From Angustibacter sp. (lineage in GTDB: Bacteria; Actinomycetota; Actinomycetes; Actinomycetales; Angustibacteraceae), in contig JBOFLF010000015.1 in the NCBI GenBank assembly GCA_051657715.1, positions 13,962-77,961 on the forward strand: a stretch of 64,000 nucleotides of DNA. The letters are read 5' to 3'. Numbering within the stretch: the first letter of the stretch is position 1; each line of letters starts with the position of its first letter. Below are positions 16,901 through 24,500 of the stretch, in pieces. A model generated the notes under the pieces. The model worked only from the letters and a program-made list of their open reading frames with translations, was not told the origin of the DNA and did not search any database. The position numbers were made by a program, and so were the translations under genes.

Positions 16901-18386
16901 GCACGACGGTCATCTGGCCATCATCGGGGGTCCGCGCAGCGGACGCAGCACCGCACTCCATCGAGTCGTTACCGAGCTGGCCGCTCAGCGTGATCCGAGC
17001 ACGATGCACCTGCACCTCATCGACTTCAGCGGTGGCCGCCTACCCGAGTGGGTTCAGTTGCCACATGTCGGCACAACCGTCGGACGGGACTGCCCCAGGT
17101 TGGCCGCGCGGCTCATCACCCGGCTAGTCGAACAGCGCAGACATGCAAAGCCCGACACCTCGGAGGCATCAGCAGCTGATCGGCCACGCCCGACTACCGT
17201 GCTCCTGATCGACGGCTGGGAGGCGCTGACCGAAGCTCTGGACGGTATCGACCGAGGACGACCGCTCGATGAACTGGTCGGACTTCTCCGGGACGCCGGA
17301 CCCGCCGGGCCTTGGGGAGTGCTCTGCGGGGGACCGCGAGTGGTGTCTGGCCGGGTAGCCCAGGTAGTCCAGCAACGGGTGGTCCTGCGCTGCACCGACC
17401 CGACCGACCTGCTCCTCGCCGGACTCCCGCCAGGCGTTCGCCCGCCCTCTCAGCAACCACCTGGGCGGGCGCTGGTCTCGCCCCTTGGGCAGGAGGTCCA
17501 GCTGGCGTTGCCTCGACCACCAACACCTGTCGCCTCCCCGACGACCACTGCCAATCCAGGAGGCCCCGGTCCGGTGGCTACCCCTCCGGTTCGAGCACCA
17601 CTGCTCCTGCGAGCTCTTCCCACCGTAGTGACAGCGGGCGACCTACCCAAGGCCGAAGGGCTAGAGGCATTCCTCGGCATCGGAGGAGACGACGCCCGGC
17701 CACTGTCGATCGACCTGCAGACCCACACAGTGTTCGCCGTGCTGGGACCCCCTGGCAGCGGTCGATCCAGTACCTTGCAGCACCTGATGAGCGTGTTCCA
17801 TCAGCAGGGCATCCGCGGGTGCCTGATCAGCCTAGATCCGGCCAGGCCCGGCGAGCAGCAGTGGCCGGCTGAACACCCATCACAGCTCGGGAGCCTCAGG
17901 GCCGACATCGACGTCCTCGTGGTGGATGACGTCGATGCCCTGCTGAGCACCCCGGCGCACGATGCGCTCGTGGCCATGCTGACCCCAGAAGTCCCGGCAA
18001 CGTCGAGGCCTGCCGCAGGCGCCCCCGCGCTCGTGGTGTCAGGGACACCGGCCCGCCTGAGTGGCAGCTACTGCGGGCTAGCTCAGCTGGTGAGAGAGCG
18101 GCGGACCGGGGTGGTGCTGGGCGCCACCAGCGCGGCCGATGGCGACGCCCTGGCGACCCAGGCCCTGGTACCAGACCACCACTGCCCAGGACGCGGCACC
18201 CTGGCGATCCGGGGCCGTACCACCCCTATCCAAGTAGCCCACTACACCTCGAGCGGCCACGACGTTCCCGCTGACGGAATCATGAGTAGCTCACCCGGCC
18301 AGGGCAACCACCGCTTGCACCGACAACACCACCCCGAAGACGAAGAACGATCCAGCGGCGCTCCAGCGGACTGCTCGTTCGGGTAG
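13938..18386 (+). CDS. FHA-domain, membrane-anchored triple FtsK/SpoIIIE P-loop ATPase (EssC/EccC-like architecture)
   Basis: FHA core YTVGRGDGADIRLEDPSLSRRHLHLEV..GSTNGTRMG. Two TM helices (WVTWSAVLLMPLITLAGVLTL / LILALLTSLLTFGGVL). P-loop 1 is GTTGAGKSE with VVVIDEF, P-loop 2 is GGPRSGRST with VLLIDGWE, P-loop 3 is GPPGSGRSS with VLVVDDVD. Start taken as the GTG at 13938; the ORF is open from 13863. Confidence 0.85.
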   Translation: MKLRCTVEGDGPTFVDLVIEAAPGARWGQVAQQVVVASGHPLGTVFTAGISADRGYLGSACLPGAVPLPDAVPLGHPPLVHGALLRANTLGTSPMAAPSAAPEGQLELHVVAGPDCGHVRALEPRGYTVGRGDGADIRLEDPSLSRRHLHLEVRPDGVRVQDLGSTNGTRMGSRVIRPGLIPWPLDERIVCGNSVLELRRCITTPLSVRCPGDGTVRISRAAVEARDPADIELQAPTPPTPHPASRPAWVTWSAVLLMPLITLAGVLTLHRSPYLILALLTSLLTFGGVLGERQRDRRRWAEDRARHQHEQERHRRQLTAALTAEVSARRAVAGDPAASWSALARRSAGLWRRTADDPNLLSVRLGTGPVTSQVRERTEDGIRRPVLQNAPIVLRLDEVGHLGITGPTELVRAMARQLLVDLCIATGPSALAVITPDTHPAWAWSRWLPHKIVRETAPPAAEHQRRTVVVLDVLDKPASAVIVPSSGQTLDDTLLHGTKTRGLAPHELDIDGLDTDSLNIEALAQRAIHLLVLSPAPADLPAQCRAVVDIAAHAGALARLPDHHRLSLRPDGVGLHWAHGAARMLAPLREDGSHAGSEAIPAQVALADLLGLPDSISESEAVRLVASRWCSNGRSTVMMLGANGTGPVSVDLMSDGPHALVAGTTGAGKSELLRTMVLSLAVANRPDELGFVLIDYKGGTAFANCERVPHVTGVISDLDEQLAARALRSLRAELSRRERLLAAGRAEDLGAYQRWADADPRRPRLGRLVVVIDEFRALATELPDFMEGVVRLAAVGRALGIHLVLATQRPAGVVSADIRANVNLRIALRVRDRAESDDVLDAPDAAELPVRHPGRALIRSGGDPLRMLQVARADARSAPAPPPCPTVRPLVEETDAPATTSASTGALDRLVSTVRAATATLALPAPARPWLPPLPHVLPDAALRRRPRQLPGQELGEHQGDERPHAVKLGLLDDPDQAQQTPYTWLPEHDGHLAIIGGPRSGRSTALHRVVTELAAQRDPSTMHLHLIDFSGGRLPEWVQLPHVGTTVGRDCPRLAARLITRLVEQRRHAKPDTSEASAADRPRPTTVLLIDGWEALTEALDGIDRGRPLDELVGLLRDAGPAGPWGVLCGGPRVVSGRVAQVVQQRVVLRCTDPTDLLLAGLPPGVRPPSQQPPGRALVSPLGQEVQLALPRPPTPVASPTTTANPGGPGPVATPPVRAPLLLRALPTVVTAGDLPKAEGLEAFLGIGGDDARPLSIDLQTHTVFAVLGPPGSGRSSTLQHLMSVFHQQGIRGCLISLDPARPGEQQWPAEHPSQLGSLRADIDVLVVDDVDALLSTPAHDALVAMLTPEVPATSRPAAGAPALVVSGTPARLSGSYCGLAQLVRERRTGVVLGATSAADGDALATQALVPDHHCPGRGTLAIRGRTTPIQVAHYTSSGHDVPADGIMSSSPGQGNHRLHRQHHPEDEERSSGAPADCSFG

Positions 18387-18881
18387 TCGCTTCCCAAGCG
18401 TCCGACCGAGGGCGATGGCGAGCGCGTCAGCGACGACCATGCCGAGGGTGGACCCGATCCACGTACCCCACGGGTCGTAATCCGTGGCCAAAGTCATGGT
18501 GGCGAGCATCGTCTTGTCTCCCAATTCGGCGAGGAAGAACGCGATCCCGACAGTGATGACCACTGACCGCGTGGTCTGGCCTGCTCGCGCCTGCTCGTCC
18601 TCGGTCAGTCGGTCGCCACGGATCGTCCACGCGGCGAAGCCGAAAAAAGCAAGGGCCGCCCCCAGCGTCAGCCAGTCAGTGGGAAGGGCGGCGCCCAGCC
18701 CATACCCCAGCACGACCGAGGCCAGGTGCACCACCGCGGTCGCAGCGGTGATAGCAAGCAGCACCGGCATGGCACGAAACCGAGCAGCGAACGCCAATGC
18801 CATGAGTTGGGATTTGTCACCGAACTCGGCTAGGAAGACGACCGCGAACGACACCATGGCGCCGGTGAGGAAGGCGAACAT
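18291..18881 (-). CDS. GDT1/TMEM165 (UPF0016) family cation transporter
   Basis: Two copies of the E-x-G-D-K-(T/S) motif (LAEFGDKSQL and LAELGDKTML) in a six-TM protein. ATG at 18881 (MFAFLTGAMV). Confidence 0.8.
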   Translation of the reverse strand: MFAFLTGAMVSFAVVFLAEFGDKSQLMALAFAARFRAMPVLLAITAATAVVHLASVVLGYGLGAALPTDWLTLGAALAFFGFAAWTIRGDRLTEDEQARAGQTTRSVVITVGIAFFLAELGDKTMLATMTLATDYDPWGTWIGSTLGMVVADALAIALGRTLGKRLPERAVRWSAAGSFFVFGVVLSVQAVVALAG

Positions 18882-19006
18882 CTCAGATTCTTCCCACCTC
18901 AACCCAGGTCGTCGCCAGTGCACGCACGGGAGCCGGAACGCCTGGACACCTCACATCACCGGACACCCGAGGGTTTCCGGAAACCGATCGCACCGATATC
19001 GGCGCC

Positions 19007-19417
19007 TCACTGCTGACCTGATCCCGTGGGGGTGGCCAGCACACACAGGGCTGCGGTTGCGATCGCCGCGACGGCAACTGCGGCTCCAGCCAGTTGCCGT
19101 CCGGACTGCCACAGACCGCCACCGACCGCCAGCACGAGCAACGCGTGCCAGACGAGCGCCGGGGACCGCACCCACGACCGTCCGCCGAGCAGGCCGCGGG
19201 CCAGCGCCAGCAGCACGCCGGCAGCCAACAACGCCATGGCCAGCACTAGGAGATCGTTGCGAATGACAACCGCAGACACAGAACCAAGCCGGATAACCTC
19301 GACCCCGGCCATCCCGATCAGGACGATCACTTGAAGACCGACCGCCGTAGCTGCCAGCCGTCGCCACCGTGATCGGGGAGCCGCAGCGGAGGAACGTGAC
19401 GAGCGTTGGGCAACCAC
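19007..19417 (-). CDS. hypothetical integral membrane protein
   Basis: 136 aa with four predicted hydrophobic helices. No recognisable motif. Confidence 0.45.
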   Translation of the reverse strand: MVAQRSSRSSAAAPRSRWRRLAATAVGLQVIVLIGMAGVEVIRLGSVSAVVIRNDLLVLAMALLAAGVLLALARGLLGGRSWVRSPALVWHALLVLAVGGGLWQSGRQLAGAAVAVAAIATAALCVLATPTGSGQQ

Positions 19418-19682
19418 CGGGAAACGGTAGCGAACGGCGTTGGCTGACCACTTCCCGAACGCAGACAGAAGCCGCGGACGCGACCAGGATCACACGAAAT
19501 GATCACCCTGGTCTCTTGCGCTCACGGCAGTGGGGTGTGAGGGTGGAACACCTCAGGTTCATAACTCGTTGGCCTGAATGTCGCGCGGGCTAGCTCTACA
19601 GAGTTCTCGGGGTAGAAGGCGTCGCGCGTCCCCCACTGCTACGACCGCCGAACCACCGCATGACGACAGGAGACCAATCCCG

Positions 19683-19931
19683 ATGGACTGGCGCCACCGC
19701 GCTGCCTGCCTGGACGAGGATCCCGAGCTGTTCTTCCCGATCGGAAACACCGGCCCCGCCCTGCTGCAAATCGAAGAGGCCAAGGCCGTCTGCCGCCGCT
19801 GCCCCGTCACCGAGACATGCCTGCAATGGGCATTGGAGTCGGGCCAGGACGCCGGAGTGTGGGGTGGGCTGTCCGAGGACGAACGCCGCGCGCTCAAACG
19901 TCGTAACGCTCGCGCCCGTCGCACCGTCTGA
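19683..19931 (+). CDS. whiB1: WhiB-family Fe-S transcription factor, WhiB1-like
   Basis: MDWRHRAACLDEDPELFFP...C..CPV...C...GVWGG.SEDERRALKRRNAR, near-colinear with M. tuberculosis WhiB1 as I recall it. AGGAGA precedes the ATG. pdtaS is the neighbour, as in Mtb. Confidence 0.95.
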   Translation: MDWRHRAACLDEDPELFFPIGNTGPALLQIEEAKAVCRRCPVTETCLQWALESGQDAGVWGGLSEDERRALKRRNARARRTV

Positions 19932-20044
19932 CCCTGCCTGATAAGACGACCTGCCTCATCCGAGTGCACGATCCGCTCGAATGAGGTGATCGCTTCATGC
20001 TCAATCGGCTCGCCAGACGCCAAAGCGACGGCGGCCACCGGTCG

Positions 20045-21565
20045 CTAGTCGCAATTGCGGGGGGCCGCGTCGAGGACGACTACCGTCCCTCCAGCCGGCC
20101 TGGTTGACCAGGTGACCGTGCCACGCAACTCGCTCGCGAGGGACTGGACGATCTGACTGCCGAGGCCACCCGAAGGGGGCCGTGAGCTGGAGCCGACCTC
20201 GACCGACGACTCCGGCAGGCCATGGCCGTCATCGGTGACCTCGACGATCAAGCGGTCCTCGTCAGTCCCCTCGGCGGTACGTTCCGCCCGGACCGAGACG
20301 GTTCCAGCGCGTTCCCGCATTCCGTGCTCGACAGCGTTCTGCACCAACTCGCTCAGGATCAGCGAGAGGGCCGTCGCGTCCTCCGCTCGCAACCGACCGA
20401 AGGTGCCCCGCACGGTGGCCCGAACCGGGTGCTCAGCCGAGCGGGCCACCTCGACCAACGGGGGTAGTCCCCGGCGAGCGACCTCGCCGAAGTCGACCAC
20501 TGCCTCATGGCTGCTGGACAGCGCCTCGTGTACCAGGGCGATGGCCTCGACCCGACGTTCCGCCTGGGCCAAGGCGGCCTGCGCTCGGCCATCACCACCA
20601 CCGCCACCGCCACCGCCGTCCACCCGCCGCGACTGCAACCGCAGCAACGCGGCCACGGTCTGCAGGTTGTTCTTCACCCGATGGTGGATCTCCCGAATGA
20701 TGGCGTCCTTGGACAACAGCTCCTGCTCGCTGCGACGCAGTTCGGTGACGTCCCGCACCAGCAGCAGAGCACCGATCCGGTCCTGCGATCGCAGCAGCGG
20801 AATGGCTCGCAGGCTGAGCGTCGCGGAACTTCCTTCAACATCGACCCGCCACGGCGCCTTGCCCAGGAGCACGAGCGGCAGGCTCTCGTCTACCGCACCT
20901 CGCCGCCGCAACAGCGGGGTGGTGATCTCGGCGAGCGATTGGCCGGTGAGCGGCTGTCCACGACCCAACCGGTGAAATGCGGACACGGCGTTCGGGCTGG
21001 CGTACCGCACGACACCCGACACGTCCAGGCGGACCAGGCCGTCGCCGACCCGAGGCGCACCCCGGCGGGTCCCGGTCGGCGCGCCTCGTTGGGGGAACTG
21101 GCCGCTGGAGACCATCGCGATCAGCAGGTCCGCGCACTCCAGGTAGGTCAGCTCCAGAGAACTGGGCACCCTGGTCGTCGCAAGGTCGGTATGCCGGGTC
21201 AGCACCGCGATCACCTGACCGCGGTGCACCACGGGGACTGCTTGCTCTCGGCTCCGGTGGTCCGCGTCGGTGTGCATCGGCGGCTGCGGGCTGGATGGCG
21301 TACGTTGGGCGGCCTCGTCGATCTCCGGTCGGTGGTGGGCTGGGATCACCCCGCCGACCACGTCCTCCACGAACACGGTGGCTCCGGTCGTCGGCCGCAC
21401 ATGGCCCACCGCCAGCCATCCGTCCGAAACCGCGACCCACAGCACGAGATCCGCGAATGACAGATCGGACAGGAGCTGCCAGTCACCGACGAGCAGGCGC
21501 AGCCACTCGACATCCTCGGCGTGCAGGTCAGTGCGACCTTGGACCAACTCTGGCAATGACGGCAC
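20045..21565 (-). CDS. pdtaS: GAF/PAS sensor histidine kinase PdtaS
   Basis: Colinear with Mtb PdtaS from memory (VGDWQLLSDLSFAD..., H-box IREIHHRVKNNLQTVAALLRLQ, ATPase region ELVQNAVEH). GTG start at 21565. Contains a Gly8 insertion after the H-box. Confidence 0.9.
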   Translation of the reverse strand: MPSLPELVQGRTDLHAEDVEWLRLLVGDWQLLSDLSFADLVLWVAVSDGWLAVGHVRPTTGATVFVEDVVGGVIPAHHRPEIDEAAQRTPSSPQPPMHTDADHRSREQAVPVVHRGQVIAVLTRHTDLATTRVPSSLELTYLECADLLIAMVSSGQFPQRGAPTGTRRGAPRVGDGLVRLDVSGVVRYASPNAVSAFHRLGRGQPLTGQSLAEITTPLLRRRGAVDESLPLVLLGKAPWRVDVEGSSATLSLRAIPLLRSQDRIGALLLVRDVTELRRSEQELLSKDAIIREIHHRVKNNLQTVAALLRLQSRRVDGGGGGGGGDGRAQAALAQAERRVEAIALVHEALSSSHEAVVDFGEVARRGLPPLVEVARSAEHPVRATVRGTFGRLRAEDATALSLILSELVQNAVEHGMRERAGTVSVRAERTAEGTDEDRLIVEVTDDGHGLPESSVEVGSSSRPPSGGLGSQIVQSLASELRGTVTWSTRPAGGTVVVLDAAPRNCD

Positions 21566-21578
21566 GGTTTGCTTCCGA

Positions 21579-24500
21579 TCAGCCGGACGTGGTGCTGCGC
21601 ACCACTCCACGCAGGGCGCGGAGCGCCACCGACAGCGCGGATATCCCGGCGTGGTCCGACTGGCGCACCTCACTGATCATCTCTCGCACCCGGTCCAACG
21701 CCTCACGGTTGACCGCCTCCCACGCCGCGAGCTGCGATCGCGGATCCTGGGCCTGGCCATCACCACGGCCGGTGTTGCGGAGTACGGAGGTGGTGAGCTG
21801 TTCCAGCACCAGGTAGAGGTCGTAGCGCAGGGCCGCTCGCGCCAGCGCGTCCCACCGGTCACCGCGGGGTAGCCGGGTGATCATGGCGAGCATGGCGTCC
21901 ACGCCGAATCGCTCGGACACCACGAAGTACAGCGGCGCCACCCGCTGCGCTGGAGTGCCGGTGGCGCGAGAGACCTCGGTGATGTCCAGCAAGGCGTAGC
22001 AATCCAGCAGGACCGCGGTCCGGCCGGCCAGGTCGGCCGGAACTCCGAGCTCGATGAACTCCTGCTGGCGATCGGCCCACCGCTGGCGCTCCGCGCCGAC
22101 CAACAGCCGTGGCACGTCACCGCGCAACGCCGACACCACGGGGGCGAACCGGTCGATCTCCGCCGCGATGTCGGTGATGGTGGGGCGGGACTGCAGCAGC
22201 CACCGCACGGCGCGGTCGATCAACCGACGGAACTCCAGGTACACCGCGGTCTGGGCTCGGGTGGGCACCCGGTTGTCCAGCGCCTCGACCTCCGCGACGA
22301 AACCGGTGAGGTCGAACACCTCGCGCGCCACCACGTACGCCCGGGCGACCTGGACCGGCGTGGCCGCGATCTCCTCCTGAAGCCGGAACGCGAAGGTGAT
22401 ACCTCCCCGGTTCACCAGGTTGTTCACCAGGACGGTGGTGATGATCTGCCGACGCAGCGGGTGTTGGTCCAACCGGTCGCCGTACCGCCGGACCAGCTCA
22501 GCCGGAAAGTACGAGCGCAGCATCGTGGCGAACCACGGGTCGTCCGGCAGCTCGCTGGCCAGCAGCTGGTCACCCAGGGTGTTCTTGGCGTAGGCGACCA
22601 ACACCGAGAACTCGGGCGAGGTCAAGCCCAGACCCGCCTCCTGCCGGCGGGCGATCTGCGCGTCGCTGGGCAGGAACTCCAGCTCGCGGTTCAGCTGACC
22701 GCTGCTCACCAGCGCCCGGATGAGCCGCTGGTGCACCGACATCATGGCGTGCGCCTGCTCCCGGGCATTCCCGAGCAGCACGTTCTGCTCATAGTTGTCT
22801 CGCAGCACCAGGCTCGCCACGTCGTCGGTCATCGACGCGAGCAGGCCGCCTCGCTGCTCGAGCGTCAGGCCGCCGTCCGCCAGCACGGCGCTAAGCAGGA
22901 TCTTGATGTTGACCTCGTGGTCCGAGGTGTCCACCCCGGCTGAGTTGTCGATCGCGTCGGTGTTCACCCGCACCCCGTGCGACGCTGCTTCGATCCGACC
23001 CAGTTGAGTCAGGCCGAGGTTGCCGCCTTCGCCGACGACGCGGCAGCGCAGCTCGCTGCCATTCACCCGGATCAGGTCGTTGGCGCGGTCACCGGCGTCC
23101 GCGGCACCTTCCGCGGACGACTTGACGTACGTGCCGATCCCGCCGTTCCACAGCAGGTCCACTGGCGCCACCAGGATGGCCCGCAGCAGATCAGTGGGGA
23201 TCAGCCGGACCGGTTGGTCGGTCGCCGCGCCCGGCTGCAGGGGGATACCGAGGATCTGAGCAATCTGCGGGCTGACCGGGATCGCCTTGGCCGAGCGGGG
23301 CCACACCCCACCACCGGAGCTGATCAGCGACCTGTCGTAGTCATCCCACGACGAGCTCGGCAGCTCGAACAGCCGGCGCCGCTCGGCGTGGGACACCGCG
23401 GGATCCGGGTCCGGGTCGAGGAACACGTGCCGGTGGTCGAACGCGGCCACCAACCGGATGTGCCGGGACAGCAGCATCCCGTTGCCGAACACGTCACCAC
23501 TCATGTCACCGACGCCGACCACGGTGACGTCCTCGGTCTGCGTGTCCAGGCCGAGTTCTCGAAAGTGCCGCTTCACCGACTCCCAGGCACCGCGGGCCGT
23601 GATGCCCATCGCCTTGTGGTCGTAGCCGGCAGAACCCCCGGAGGCGAACGCGTCACCGAGCCAGAACCCGTAGTCCGCGGCCACCTGGTTGGCGATGTCG
23701 CTGAACGACGCGGTGCCCTTGTCCGCCGCGACCACCAGGTAGGTGTCGTCGCCGTCGTACCGGACGAGGCGGGGCGGCGGCACCACGGTGGCGTCGGTTC
23801 CCGCACCTGACAGGTTGTCGGTGAGGTCCAGCAGCGCCGAGATGAACGTGCGGTACGACGCGATGCCCTCGGCCAGGAACGCTTCGCGATCGTTGGGGTC
23901 GGGAGGCTGCTTGGTGACGAACCCGCCCTTGGCACCGGTCGGCACGATGACCGCGTTCTTCACCACCTGCGCCTTGACCAGACCGAGGATCTCCGTGCGG
24001 AAGTCCTCCCGGCGGTCGCTCCACCGCAGACCGCCCCGGGCCACCCGGCCGAACCGCAGGTGCACCCCTTCCACCCGGGGCGAGTACACCCACACCTCGT
24101 GCTCCGGCCAGGGGCGCGGCAGCTCGGGAACCGCGTGCGGGTCGACCTTGAAGGCGAGGTAGGGGCGTGGCAGTCCATGAACGTCCACCTGGAAGTAGGT
24201 GGTGCGCACCGTGGCCTGGATCGCGCCGAGCAGCCCGCGCAGGATCCGGTCGTGGTCGAGGCTGGCAACCTCGTCGAGGCCGGCGGCGATCCGCGTGGCC
24301 AACGTTGTGGCCACTGTCTGGCGCTCCGCAAACCCGCCGATGGTTCGATCCGGATCGAACCGGGTCTCGAACAGCTCGACCAGCTGCCGGACGCTGTCCA
24401 CGTTGGCGGCTAGCGCGGACTCGACGTAGGCACGGCTGAAGGTCAGCCCGCCCTGGCGCAGGTAGGTGACATACGCACGCAGCACGCTGACCTGCCGCCA

